This document shows positions 33,149-42,827 of a DNA stretch of 64,000 bases, one piece after another. The notes below the pieces were generated by a model. It was not told where the DNA came from. It searched no databases and was given only the letters and a program-made list of their open reading frames with translations. Both the position numbers and the translations under genes were made by a program. The DNA is from Verrucomicrobia bacterium UBA6982. GTDB taxonomy: Bacteria > Verrucomicrobiota > Kiritimatiellia > RFP12 > UBA3636. The stretch is taken from the NCBI GenBank assembly GCA_002448475.1, contig DJYI01000100.1, positions 5,154-69,153 on the forward strand, written 5' to 3'. The first letter of the stretch is position 1; every line of letters starts with the position of its first letter.

Positions 33149-35158
33149 TCAGGCCTTGAACGGAAGGCCCTTGTCGCAGAGGACTTTCATCCACAGTCCT
33201 CCCTGAACTGAACGGGCCTGGAATCCGACCTGATGCGCGGTGTCGGTCCAATACCAGTCGGTCATCGGAGTGCGGTCCGGGGTCGTGGAGTAATACGCCA
33301 CAAGGCCTGATACGAGGCGACGGAACGCGGCGCGGTCCTTTTCGAGGCAGCCGGCCCAAACTGTCCAGTCGCTCTTCGTGTAAGTCTTGCGGGAGTCGAG
33401 CGGAACGCCGTAAGGACGCGCCTCCGCCCGATAGCGGCGAAGTTCGGCGTCGAAGACGCCTTCCGGGAAAATTCCGAGCCGGAACACGCGGTCCCAGACA
33501 GCGTTGTATTTGAGGCTGAAGGAGCCTGGCTTGTCAAAGGCAAGCCGGAAGGATCCGTCCGGGTTCTTTGCGCGGCGCAGCCAGCTGCGAGCCATGGACT
33601 TGGCCTCGCGAATACGGGCCGCGCCTTCCTTCTTCCGGCCAAGCATCCCGAGGAGGATGCCGAAGGACGCGACGCCCATAATGGCCTTCAGCGCAAGATT
33701 GCAGTTGTGCGCAAGGTGGCCGGCGAAGTCATCCGTGCACAACTGCTCGCCTGGATCCTCGCCGTTGCGTTCGAGATACTTCACCCAGCCGCTGAGAACG
33801 TCGAGATGCGAAGCGGCGAACGAGGCGTCGCGGGAGGCCAGCGCAGCGGCCGCCTCCATCACGAGCATGTTGCCGCACTCTTCGACCGGCATCTGCTTGG
33901 AGAGCCGCAACTCGCCAGTTTCGCGAACGAGACCGTATGTCTGCCCCGTGACGAGGGGATATGTGCCCGCGTCGTGCGGAGCGAAATCGTAAGGCCACTT
34001 GCCGGAGGCGGCGAAACGGTAGATCGGGCGCATCATCGCGCGCACGAGCTCCGGATTGTAGAGAAGGAAAAGGGGAATGGAAGGGTAGGACACATCGACC
34101 GTGGCGGCCGAGCCGTTGGAGAAATTCTCCTTGCTGATCCAGAGAAGGCCGTCCTCCTCGTCCACCACGAGTTTGTGGGCCGCCACCGTCTGCCTGTAGG
34201 CGAGAGCGAGCATGTCCGCGTATTCCGGGCCGCCGGCCTTCTCGGCGTCGGCGCGGACGCGGTCGTCAAAAGCCTGGCAGCGGGCGAAGTCCGCGACCGC
34301 GCCGGCCGCGGCCTCGGCGAGCGCCGTTTCGAGCGTTTTCCCATCCTTGTTCCAAAGCGACGGAAGGCGCTTGCCAAAATAGTTGATCGACGAGGCCGAA
34401 TCATCGTAGGCGAGCATGAAAAGCGCGTCCGGGGCGGCGGGGGCCTCGACTGAGACGAACTGAAGGTCGGCGGTGGCGTCGAACACCGTGCGGCCGAATC
34501 CTGGGCGATACGCGGAGCGCTCCTGCTCGTCGATGTTGCGCATGAAGAAGTCCACGTTCTTTTCAGCGAAGACGCGGACCTTTGCGCCGGCGGCCGCGGC
34601 GACGAGCGCGAAGCGGCCCCATTCGATTCTCAAATTGTCGCCGCTGCGCTCAAGAACGCGCTGCCTGGAGGAGGCGACTGAAATTCCGCAAAGCCCGCGC
34701 GGGAGCTTGAGTCGCGCCGTTTCGACCGGGGCGTCGCCTTCCTTGTCGAGGCAGAACTGCTCGGAAGCCGAGAGCCGGATGCGCACGGCTGGGGCCTTTG
34801 TCCCGCGCTTAAGCGGCTCGACGCGCGTTTGAACGAACGAGACGGGGCGCGAAAGAAGCTCAAGGTCGTCAGGCAGCAGCGGGGTCCAGAACGCGACGTG
34901 CAGCCGCACGCCTGCACCTTCGAACGTCGCTCGCGTGATGAGCGCCGAGACTTCGAGAGAAGTCTGCTCCAGCGCCGGCTCGGGGCCCCGGCCGATGAAA
35001 CGGTGCGGTTTGCCGTCAATTACGGCCACGCCGCGCAGGATGTTTGCGCGGCCCGTCCAGTGCGTGGTGTCAACGTCGCAAAGTTTGTCTCCCGGGGACC
35101 AAAGCGAAAAATAGGGATCGACTGTGGCGAGCGGGACGGAAGGCGGGCGAATTTTCAT
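33149..35158 (-). CDS. DUF5127/DUF4965/DUF1793 protein (glutaminase A-like, probable glycoside hydrolase)
   Basis: The N-terminus RPPSVPLATVDPYFSLWSPGDKL...THWTG is characteristic of this family. 669 aa. Confidence 0.7.
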   Translation of the reverse strand: MKIRPPSVPLATVDPYFSLWSPGDKLCDVDTTHWTGRANILRGVAVIDGKPHRFIGRGPEPALEQTSLEVSALITRATFEGAGVRLHVAFWTPLLPDDLELLSRPVSFVQTRVEPLKRGTKAPAVRIRLSASEQFCLDKEGDAPVETARLKLPRGLCGISVASSRQRVLERSGDNLRIEWGRFALVAAAAGAKVRVFAEKNVDFFMRNIDEQERSAYRPGFGRTVFDATADLQFVSVEAPAAPDALFMLAYDDSASSINYFGKRLPSLWNKDGKTLETALAEAAAGAVADFARCQAFDDRVRADAEKAGGPEYADMLALAYRQTVAAHKLVVDEEDGLLWISKENFSNGSAATVDVSYPSIPLFLLYNPELVRAMMRPIYRFAASGKWPYDFAPHDAGTYPLVTGQTYGLVRETGELRLSKQMPVEECGNMLVMEAAAALASRDASFAASHLDVLSGWVKYLERNGEDPGEQLCTDDFAGHLAHNCNLALKAIMGVASFGILLGMLGRKKEGAARIREAKSMARSWLRRAKNPDGSFRLAFDKPGSFSLKYNAVWDRVFRLGIFPEGVFDAELRRYRAEARPYGVPLDSRKTYTKSDWTVWAGCLEKDRAAFRRLVSGLVAYYSTTPDRTPMTDWYWTDTAHQVGFQARSVQGGLWMKVLCDKGLPFKA

Positions 35159-35206
35159 TTGGTTGTTCTGGCTTTATGTTCTGAATCCTGAGTTCAGACG
35201 GGTAAA

Positions 35207-36064
35207 TCATCGGGCCGCCGGAGCGCGGCCAAGGCGTGCGAGGACCATTTTGAGGTCGTTCCAGACGATGCGCTTCGCGCCTGGGGTTCGCAAAAGATAC
35301 GCGGGGTGGAATGTCGGCATGAGGGGAATGCCGTCAAAGTCGTCCCAAATGCCGCGGGCGCGCGATATGCTGGCCTTTTCGTCGTTCTTGAGTCCCCGAT
35401 ACGCAGTGGCGCCGAGGGCCACGATCACCTTCGGGCGAACGAGCGATATCTGGCTGCGGAGGAACGGAATGCAGACCGCCATCTCCTCGACTGTCGGGGT
35501 TCGGTTGTTCGGCGGGCGGCACTTGAGGATATTGGCGATGAACACCTCCTCGCGGCGGAAGCCCATTGCCGCGATCATCTTGTCGAGAAGCTGCCCGGCG
35601 CGTCCGACGAAGGGACGGCCGGCCAGGTCCTCGTCGTGTCCCGGCGCCTCCCCGACGAACATCACATCTGGGGCGTTGCCGTTGCCCTCGCCGGGAACGC
35701 AATGGGTCCGGGTCTGGGAGAGCGGGCATTTCGCGCAGTGGCGAACTGCGTCCGCGACTGCTTCGAGCGCCGTGAAGGCCGGAGGGGCCGGGACAGATGG
35801 TTGCGTAGCGGCCAACGGCAGCATGGGAGCCGCGGATGCGGCTTTCTCCACAGGAGCCTGCGGTGCGGCGGGCATTTGAGCGGCTGGCATTGGGGCGGGG
35901 GGTGGCGGGGCGGCGGGCGCCGCGGAGGAACTCGCGCGCTTTTCGGGGACTCCGGCGAACTGCGCCACGAAAGGATCATCAAATGACGCCTTGCGCCGAC
36001 CTGCCAGAATTTCGCATTCCAGCACTTCGCGCAAATCGCGTATGACGCTGCGAACGGAGTCCAT
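35207..36064 (-). CDS. uracil-DNA glycosylase, family 4
   Basis: GEGNGNAPDVMFVGEAPGHDEDLAGRPFVGRAGQLL and ANILKCRPPNNRTP. It has an N-terminal Ala/Pro-rich extension. Confidence 0.85.
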   Translation of the reverse strand: MDSVRSVIRDLREVLECEILAGRRKASFDDPFVAQFAGVPEKRASSSAAPAAPPPPAPMPAAQMPAAPQAPVEKAASAAPMLPLAATQPSVPAPPAFTALEAVADAVRHCAKCPLSQTRTHCVPGEGNGNAPDVMFVGEAPGHDEDLAGRPFVGRAGQLLDKMIAAMGFRREEVFIANILKCRPPNNRTPTVEEMAVCIPFLRSQISLVRPKVIVALGATAYRGLKNDEKASISRARGIWDDFDGIPLMPTFHPAYLLRTPGAKRIVWNDLKMVLARLGRAPAAR

Positions 36065-36100
36065 GGGTAACGGAAAGGCGCTATGTCTTGAGCCGCCGCT

Positions 36101-36982
36101 CTAGCGCCCGGCGGCCTTGTCCCTGAGAGCCTTGACTCTGGCGGCGGCTTCGTCCATCTGTCTGCGGGCTTCGGCCATTTCGGACTGGGCGGAGGACATT
36201 ACGGCCGCTATCTCGCGCGTCGCAGCGCGGCGCATGGCGGCGAGCGACTCGGCAGACGAATCCTTTGCGGCGATGATCTTTTCGCGCCATTCATCCGTCT
36301 TGGCGGAAGTTGTCTTGGCAATGTCGTCGAGCTTCTTTTCGAGCGCCTCGATTCTGGACGACAGCGTGGAAAGCTCCTCCGCCTCCTCCTCCGTGAGATT
36401 CGCCGAGGACGTTTCGCCAGTCTGGTTCGCGACAATGGCCGCAAACTCCGCGGCGAACGACTCCGGAGTCGCGGTTGCCGACGCGCTGAGACGGCCGATT
36501 TCCGAACCGTCGGCGCCAAGCACCACGAACGTTGGGAACCCGCGTATTCCATACTTGCGGGCAAGGGCTTCGTTGCGAGAGCGCCACTTTTCCGGCACCA
36601 GGGACTCGTCGCGAGGAAAATCGACAAGGGCGGTAACGACATTGGACGGGGCCCACGTCTTCCATTCGCTCCTTGAGAACACCCGCGAATCCATGAGTTT
36701 GCACCAGTAGCACCAGTCGCTCCCGGAGAAGTCGAGAAGAACCGGAAGGCCGCTGGCGGCGGCGAACCCGAGCGCGGCGTCGATGTCCTGCGTGAAGGGC
36801 TCCGGCGCGGCGGGGACGGCGGGATCGGCCGGGGCAGGGGCGGTGGCGGCAGGGGCGGTGGCGGCGGAGTCCGCATTCGCAGCTGCGGATGCGCCCGGCG
36901 CCTCTTCCGAATCCGAGGCTCCGGCCATGAGGCACGAGAGTATTGCCGCCGAAAACGCGGCGGAGGTCGCAAGCGATTTCAT
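36101..36982 (-). CDS. secreted thioredoxin-fold protein (Thioredoxin_7-like) with a coiled-coil C-terminus
   Basis: Signal peptide, then LDFSGSDWCYWCKLMD with a CxxC motif. The C-terminal third is helical and charged. Confidence 0.7.
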   Translation of the reverse strand: MKSLATSAAFSAAILSCLMAGASDSEEAPGASAAANADSAATAPAATAPAPADPAVPAAPEPFTQDIDAALGFAAASGLPVLLDFSGSDWCYWCKLMDSRVFSRSEWKTWAPSNVVTALVDFPRDESLVPEKWRSRNEALARKYGIRGFPTFVVLGADGSEIGRLSASATATPESFAAEFAAIVANQTGETSSANLTEEEAEELSTLSSRIEALEKKLDDIAKTTSAKTDEWREKIIAAKDSSAESLAAMRRAATREIAAVMSSAQSEMAEARRQMDEAAARVKALRDKAAGR

Positions 36983-36984
36983 TT

Positions 36985-38154
36985 TCAGATCAGGCCGGAA
37001 GCGGCCTCCTTGACAAGGGCCTTGCCGATGACGTCGCGCTGAATCTGGTTTGTGCCCTCGTAGATCTGCGTGATCTTGGCGTCACGCATCATCTTCTCGA
37101 CGGGATACTCCTTCATGTAGCCGTATCCGCCAAGGGCCTGAACGGCGTCCGTTGTCACGGACATCGCCATGTCCGACGCGAAGCACTTGGCCATGGCGGA
37201 AATCTTGGATATGTCCTTCAGCCCAGCGTCCATCGCCCGTGCGCAGCGGTAAACTAGCGCCTTGGCGGCTTCGACCTTCATGGCCATGTCGGACAGCATG
37301 AACAGATACCCCTGATTGGCGCAAAGGGGCTGGCCGAACTGCCTGCGCTCGCGGGAATACTTGACGGCGCAGGCGAGCGCGCCCTCCGCGATGCCGAGAG
37401 CCTGGGCTGCAACGGAGGGACGGCTCTGGTCGAGCGTCTTCATCGCCACGAAGAAGCCGCGGCCGCGCCCCCAGATGAGATTTTCCTTCGGGACCCGGCA
37501 GTCCTGAAACACGAGTTCGCGCGTCGCCGAGGCGCGGATTCCCATTTTGTTCTCCTTCTTGCCGAACGAAAAGCCCGGCGTCCCCTTCTCCACGATGAAG
37601 AACGACGCTCCGCGCGCTCCGCGGCCGGGGTCGGTCATTGCGCAGACGGTGTAGATGTCCGCTTCGCCGCCATTGGTGATCCACTGCTTGGTTCCGTTCA
37701 GGACGTAGCAGTCGCCGTCCTCGACGGCAGTCGTGCGGACTCCGGCCGCATCGGAGCCGGCATTCGCCTCCGTGAGCGCGAACGCCGCGATCGTCCCCTC
37801 GGCGATGCGCGGAAGATACTTTTTCTTCTGCTCCTCGTTGCCGCAAAGCAGAATCGGAAGGGTCCCAAGGGCGGTGCCAAAGAGCGACAGCGCGATTCCG
37901 GCGCAGTATTTGGAGAGCTCCTCGACGGCGACCACCATGTCCATCGTGCCGCCGCCCATGCCGCCGAATTCCTCGGGAATGAACAGACCGAAAAGGCCTG
38001 CTTCGGCGAATTCGCGGGCGATGTCGGTCGGGAAGATGCCCTCTTCGTCGTATTTTTCGCGGACGGGAAGAATCTTCTTTTCGCCGATTTCGCGGCATGT
38101 GTTGCGGATTTCGAGCTGGAGCTCGGTAAGATCGAGGTCTGCGAGGGATTCCAT
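36985..38154 (-). CDS. acyl-CoA dehydrogenase (short/medium-chain type)
   Basis: Typical ACAD layout, including ...TEANAGSDAAG..., QWITNGG and a C-terminal YEGTNQIQR. Start at MESLADLD (38154). Confidence 0.85.
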   Translation of the reverse strand: MESLADLDLTELQLEIRNTCREIGEKKILPVREKYDEEGIFPTDIAREFAEAGLFGLFIPEEFGGMGGGTMDMVVAVEELSKYCAGIALSLFGTALGTLPILLCGNEEQKKKYLPRIAEGTIAAFALTEANAGSDAAGVRTTAVEDGDCYVLNGTKQWITNGGEADIYTVCAMTDPGRGARGASFFIVEKGTPGFSFGKKENKMGIRASATRELVFQDCRVPKENLIWGRGRGFFVAMKTLDQSRPSVAAQALGIAEGALACAVKYSRERRQFGQPLCANQGYLFMLSDMAMKVEAAKALVYRCARAMDAGLKDISKISAMAKCFASDMAMSVTTDAVQALGGYGYMKEYPVEKMMRDAKITQIYEGTNQIQRDVIGKALVKEAASGLI

Positions 38155-38334
38155 GGACGGAGAATTGTCTGTTTTTTGCGTTCTGTCCGCGCATTTGCGA
38201 ACCGGGGCCGATCCTACCACAACGCCGCGAACCGCGAAAGGGGGGGGACGAAAGTCGCGCACGTCGCGCGCTCGTTGCCAACGCGCGGCCGTTGGGGTAG
38301 TATTGCGCGCGTTTACGCCACAAGGACACAACAA

Positions 38335-39018
38335 ATGCAACTTCACGCGCACTCACGCCTTTCCTTCCTGCCAGCCGTTTTCGCGGCTTTGTCGCTCTCT
38401 CTTTGCGCCGCCGGCGCCGACGGTGCCGCCGCCGTGGCGACTGTCGATATGGAGCTGGCGATACTCGCCCATCCCTCAACCGCGGTGAACCGCGCGGAGT
38501 TGCAGGCCCTGCAGAAGAAATACCGCGCCGAACGCGACGAGGTGCTGAAGCGCGGCGACGCGCTGGCGCGCCAGTATCGCGAGGCGGTGGCCCGCTCACG
38601 CGACGAGGCTCTCAGCGAAAAGGCTCGCAAGACCGCCGACGCGGAGGCGCAGGACAGGGCGGGGGACATCCGGTCGCTGGAGCACGAGCTGCGCTCCCTC
38701 GTTTCCCGCCGCCGCGCATCGCTGCGCAAGCGCGAGATCGAACTCTTCGAGAACGTCATGGCCGACATTCGGCTCAAGCTCGACGCGCTTGCGAAGGAGC
38801 GCGGGGCGACTCTCGTCCTGGACTCCTCCGCCGAACGCGCCACGGCCCCCATTCCGCTGGTGATGTGGAGCTCGGCGCAGGATCTCACGGACGCGCTCAT
38901 CGCCGCCGTCGGGGGCGACCGCGCCGCCGCCGAGGAGGCGCGCGCCCGCGCCGACACGTTCCTGTTCGGCTCGGACGAGGACGAGGAGGGAGGTCCCTCC
39001 GACGCCGGAGACCGCTAG
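38335..39018 (+). CDS. skp: OmpH/Skp-like periplasmic chaperone
   Basis: Signal peptide, then long charged helices (ELQALQKKYRAERDEVLKRGDALARQYRE). It sits directly upstream of lpxD, as in the conserved skp-lpxD arrangement. Confidence 0.65.
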   Translation: MQLHAHSRLSFLPAVFAALSLSLCAAGADGAAAVATVDMELAILAHPSTAVNRAELQALQKKYRAERDEVLKRGDALARQYREAVARSRDEALSEKARKTADAEAQDRAGDIRSLEHELRSLVSRRRASLRKREIELFENVMADIRLKLDALAKERGATLVLDSSAERATAPIPLVMWSSAQDLTDALIAAVGGDRAAAEEARARADTFLFGSDEDEEGGPSDAGDR

Positions 39019-39020
39019 CC

Positions 39021-40091
39021 GTGCGCCTTTCTGAACTTGCCGCCCTAGTGGGGGCCGCCGCGCCCGCCGCCGATTCCGGAGCGGATCCCGAGATCACGGG
39101 CGTCTCCTCTCTGCACGACGCCCTGCCGGGCGACGTTTCCTTCCTTTCCAACCCCAAATACGCAAAGCAGCTCTCGGCGACAAGGGCGACGGCGGTGCTT
39201 GTCTCCTCCGACTGCGAGCTGCCGCCGCCGGCGGCCGGCGGGGCGCTGCTGCGCGTCTCCTCCCCCGATCTGGCGTTCGCCAAGGTCGTTCCGCTTTTCA
39301 CAAGACCGCAGCCGTCGCGCGAGCCGGGGGTTCATCCCACCGCCGTTGTAGATCCGACCGCCCGTCTCGGAAAGGGCGTCCACGTCGGGCCGCTTTGCGT
39401 GATAGGGCCGGACGCCGAAATCGGCGACGGGTGCGTGATTGAGGCGCACGTGGTTGTCGCCGACGGCGCGAAGCTCGGCCGCGACTGCCACCTCTATCCG
39501 ATGGTCTCGATTCGCGAATACTGCCGTCTTGGCGACCGCGTGACGATTCACAACGGCACGGTGATCGGCGCCGACGGGTTCGGCTACAACACCAAGGTCG
39601 GACCGGACGGATCGATCGCCGTTGAAAAAATCCCGCAGCTTGGAATCGTGGAAATCGGCGACGACGTCGAGATCGGCGCCAACACCACCATCGACCGCGC
39701 GCGCTTCGGCGCCACGTCGATCGGGCCGCACACGAAAATCGACAACCTTGTCCAGATCGGGCACAACGTTCGGACGGGGCCGTATTGCGGGATCGTCTCG
39801 CAGGTCGGCATCGCCGGTTCGACCCACCTCGGCGCCGGCGTGATGATCTGGGGGCAGGCCGGCCTGGCCGGGCACCTCACGATCGGCGACCGCGTGGAAA
39901 TTCTCGCGCACGCCGGAGTCGCAGGGGACCTGACGCAGCCAGGGCAGTATCTCGGATCTCCCGCGGTTCCAAAACGCGAGGCCCTGCGAGTTTTCCATGT
40001 GCCGCGCGCCGTGGAGAACCTCAAGGAGAAGATCGCCGCGCTTGAAGCCCGAGTCAGGGAACTCGAATCCGGTGCCGCAAAGGCGCCATGA
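39021..40091 (+). CDS. lpxD: UDP-3-O-acylglucosamine N-acyltransferase
   Basis: GTG 39021. The N-terminus LSELAALVGA...ITGVSSLHDALPGDVSFLSNPKY is followed by hexapeptide repeats and a C-terminal helix. Confidence 0.85.
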   Translation: MRLSELAALVGAAAPAADSGADPEITGVSSLHDALPGDVSFLSNPKYAKQLSATRATAVLVSSDCELPPPAAGGALLRVSSPDLAFAKVVPLFTRPQPSREPGVHPTAVVDPTARLGKGVHVGPLCVIGPDAEIGDGCVIEAHVVVADGAKLGRDCHLYPMVSIREYCRLGDRVTIHNGTVIGADGFGYNTKVGPDGSIAVEKIPQLGIVEIGDDVEIGANTTIDRARFGATSIGPHTKIDNLVQIGHNVRTGPYCGIVSQVGIAGSTHLGAGVMIWGQAGLAGHLTIGDRVEILAHAGVAGDLTQPGQYLGSPAVPKREALRVFHVPRAVENLKEKIAALEARVRELESGAAKAP

Positions 40092-40108
40092 CGAGCCGGT
40101 GAGGCGTC

Positions 40109-41371
40109 ATGTTCCTGCCGGTCGTGGTGCTTCCGCTTCTTGTGTTCGCGCCGCTGCACCTCTCGGTGCTCGCGACGCGGCTTGCGCAGACTCCATCCCT
40201 TGGCTGGCCGGAGTTGGCCCCGGCCGCCCTTTTCGCCGCCACCGTCCTTCTGCTGTGGGCGGCCATGGCGATAGGGCGCTATGGCGGCTCGCCGGCGGTT
40301 CCTTCGGCCGCGATGGCGCTTTTGGGCGTGGGAATGGCGGTGCAATACCGCATCGGCTCGTTTCGCGCCGCCGGATTTGACGCGCCTTCCGGCTGGGCTC
40401 TGCCAGTCGGCGTCCTGCTGATGATCGCGGCCTATTTCGCGCTGCGACGGCGCAGGATCGAAAAGCTGGAGGGCATCTGGCCCTGGACGTTCGCCGCGTC
40501 GGTGGCGGTGATTCTCGCCGTCGTGGTTCTCGGACGCTCGTATCGCGGCGCGAAATACCTGCCCGGGGGCATGAACCCGGTCGAGATCGCGAAGCCACTT
40601 CTGGTGCTGTTCGTCTCGGCGCTTCTTTCCGGACACCGACTTGATCTGCGGCGCGGTCTTCTCGGCGTTCCCCTGCCTCCGCCGAACATTCTTGCCACGG
40701 TGGCGGTGTTCTGGCTTCCGCCAATGCTGCTGCTGGTGCTTCAGGGGGATCTCGGAATGTTCGCCCTGATGAACGCGACCCTGCTCGCGATGCTGGCCGC
40801 AGTCACTCACCGGTCGCTGTATCTCACCGGCGGCCTCGCGGCGCTGCTCTCGCTTGCGGCGGCGGCGATGCCCCTCACGCGCCGCGGGCGAGTGAGACTC
40901 GTGGCGTGGCAGGACCCATTTTCGTGCGCGACGGACGCCGGATGGCAGATTCTGCAGAGCCTCGTCGCGCTCTACACCGGCGGCATCTGGGGAACCGGTC
41001 TGGGAGCCGGCTCGCCGCGCTCCGTCCCGATCGTCGAGTCGGACTTCGCATACGCGATGATTGGCGAGGAGCTCGGTCTGGCGGGATGCTGCGCTGTGGC
41101 GCTGCTCTACGCGGTGCTGGTGGTTTCCGGAGTGCGCCTTGCGTCGCGGGCCCGAAGCGCCTACGCCTCGTGCGTCGCGACCGGACTCGTGGCGTGTCTG
41201 GGGTTTCAGACCCTTCTGAACCTCGCCGGCGTGACTAAGGCGCTGCCGCTGACGGGAATCCCACTGCCGCTGGTTTCCCACGGCGGTTCGTCGCTTGTCG
41301 CCACGCTCCTGTCGATCGGGCTTCTGATGGCAATATCAGACGAGGCGCCGGCCATCCGCGCTCCGCGCTGA
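40109..41371 (+). CDS. SEDS-family peptidoglycan glycosyltransferase (FtsW/RodA)
   Basis: Polytopic, with ESDFAYAMIGEELGLAG and TGIPLPLVSHGGSS motifs. Confidence 0.8.
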   Translation: MFLPVVVLPLLVFAPLHLSVLATRLAQTPSLGWPELAPAALFAATVLLLWAAMAIGRYGGSPAVPSAAMALLGVGMAVQYRIGSFRAAGFDAPSGWALPVGVLLMIAAYFALRRRRIEKLEGIWPWTFAASVAVILAVVVLGRSYRGAKYLPGGMNPVEIAKPLLVLFVSALLSGHRLDLRRGLLGVPLPPPNILATVAVFWLPPMLLLVLQGDLGMFALMNATLLAMLAAVTHRSLYLTGGLAALLSLAAAAMPLTRRGRVRLVAWQDPFSCATDAGWQILQSLVALYTGGIWGTGLGAGSPRSVPIVESDFAYAMIGEELGLAGCCAVALLYAVLVVSGVRLASRARSAYASCVATGLVACLGFQTLLNLAGVTKALPLTGIPLPLVSHGGSSLVATLLSIGLLMAISDEAPAIRAPR

Positions 41372-41453
41372 GTCCGGCGCCCCGTCGTTTCGACGATCCG
41401 CAGTTCGCGAGCGACACGATGGTGCCGCTCGCGAATCCGAACGGGAGAATCGT

Positions 41454-42710
41454 CTATTTGCGCTTGAGCAGAACCTTTTTCTCGTATTCGCGGACGGCGG
41501 CGAGCCACTCCTCGCGCGGCTGGAGCCCCTTGCGGCGGCAATACTCGGCCCAGACGTCTCCGACCGGGTAGTTCTTGGCCTCTTCCTGAAGCACCAGAAC
41601 CTGCGTGAAGTCCCCTTCGGCCTGAAGGCGGGCGAGCTTCTCGTTCGGGAGCAGCAGGGCGGCGAGAAGCGCCTTCTGCATGTTGCGCATTCCGAGGACC
41701 CACGCGGCGATGCGGTTGATCGACGCGTCGAAGTAGTCCAGCGCGAGGATTGTGCGCTCCGGGCCGGCAAGCACGATTTCGCGGGCGATGTCGGCCAGCA
41801 TGTCGTCCTGCCGAATCACGTGGTCGCTGTCCCACCTGACGGGGCGCGACACGTGGAACGCGATCTTCGGCGCGAACAGCAGCAGGGAGGAAATCTTGTC
41901 GGCGACGTTTTCGCTGAGGTGGAAGTGCCCGCTGTCCAGAAGGCAGAGCAGGTTGTTCTTGGCTGCATACTGCATGTAGAACTCGTGCGAGCCAACCGTG
42001 TAGCTTTCCATGCCGATCCCGAAGAGCTTGCTCTCAAGCGTGATTTCGACGAGCGAGCGGTCGTATGGCGTGGCGAAGATTTCGTCAAGGGACTTCTTGT
42101 AGATCGCGCGCGGCGTGGTGCGGTCGGCCGGGATGTCCTTGAGGCCGTCCGGAATCCAGATGTTGAGGGCGGAAGGCGTGCCAAGTTCGCGCGCGAAGTA
42201 TTCGGCGATTCGAATGCAGGCGACGGTGTGCCGGACCCAGAACGAGCGGACGGCTTCGTCGCCGCTGGAGAGCGTGCGCCCGGTCGCGGCGAGCGGGTGG
42301 GAGAAGTATGTCGGGTTGAAGTCGATGCCGACGAGTCCGTTTTTCTTGGCGAAGGCGACCCACTTCCTGAAGTGGCGCGGTTCGAGCGCGTCGCGGTCAA
42401 CCGCCTCGTCCTTGCCGAAAATCGCGTATGAGGCGTGCAGGTTTATGCGATGGTGGCCCGGGATCAGGGAAAGCGCCTTCTCGATGTCGGACATGAGTTC
42501 CTGCGGCGTCCGGGCGCGGCCGGGGTAGTTGCCGGTGGTCTGGATGCCTCCCGAAAGGGAGCCTTCGCGGTCGAAGCCGATTACGTCGTCCCCCTGCCAG
42601 CAGTGCATGGATATTGGGAACTTGTCGAGCGTTTCAAGCGCGGCGTCGGTATCGACACCAAGATTGCGGAAGAGGTTTCTCGCTGATGCGTAGCGATCTG
42701 TTGCTGCCAT
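41454..42710 (-). CDS. rhaA: L-rhamnose isomerase
   Basis: 418 aa. LDKFPISMHCWQGDDVIGFD closely matches the E. coli RhaA N-terminal region as I recall it. Confidence 0.85.
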   Translation of the reverse strand: MAATDRYASARNLFRNLGVDTDAALETLDKFPISMHCWQGDDVIGFDREGSLSGGIQTTGNYPGRARTPQELMSDIEKALSLIPGHHRINLHASYAIFGKDEAVDRDALEPRHFRKWVAFAKKNGLVGIDFNPTYFSHPLAATGRTLSSGDEAVRSFWVRHTVACIRIAEYFARELGTPSALNIWIPDGLKDIPADRTTPRAIYKKSLDEIFATPYDRSLVEITLESKLFGIGMESYTVGSHEFYMQYAAKNNLLCLLDSGHFHLSENVADKISSLLLFAPKIAFHVSRPVRWDSDHVIRQDDMLADIAREIVLAGPERTILALDYFDASINRIAAWVLGMRNMQKALLAALLLPNEKLARLQAEGDFTQVLVLQEEAKNYPVGDVWAEYCRRKGLQPREEWLAAVREYEKKVLLKRK

Positions 42711-42827
42711 GGCGTTTGTGATTGGTTGGTTGTTAATCGGCCGCCAACTTTACGCCATTGCCCAATTTGAATCAACACCCATGAAAGAAAAAATGGGTCT
42801 GACTTGCTAGATTTCCCGGCGGGAGGA

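Noticed and set aside
37082-38599. 505-aa minus-strand ORF in an alternative frame of the acyl-CoA dehydrogenase gene
   Set aside because: It is Arg/Pro/Gly-rich nonsense, whereas the other frame gives a full-length ACAD with conserved motifs.
38403-39020. N-terminal 206 aa of the 562-aa ORF that ends as lpxD
   Set aside because: This part overlaps the skp-like gene in another frame and is Arg/Gly-rich. LpxD homology starts at GTG 39021, directly after the skp stop.
39584-41281. 565-aa minus-strand ORF
   Set aside because: It is antisense to lpxD and the SEDS gene and has basic low-complexity translation.
41404-41435. Hairpin TTCGCGAGCG-N12-CGCTCGCGAA between the convergent SEDS and rhaA genes as a terminator
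   Set aside because: The 10-bp stem is real, but no U-tract lies on either side and the loop is long. It is too weak to call an intrinsic terminator.
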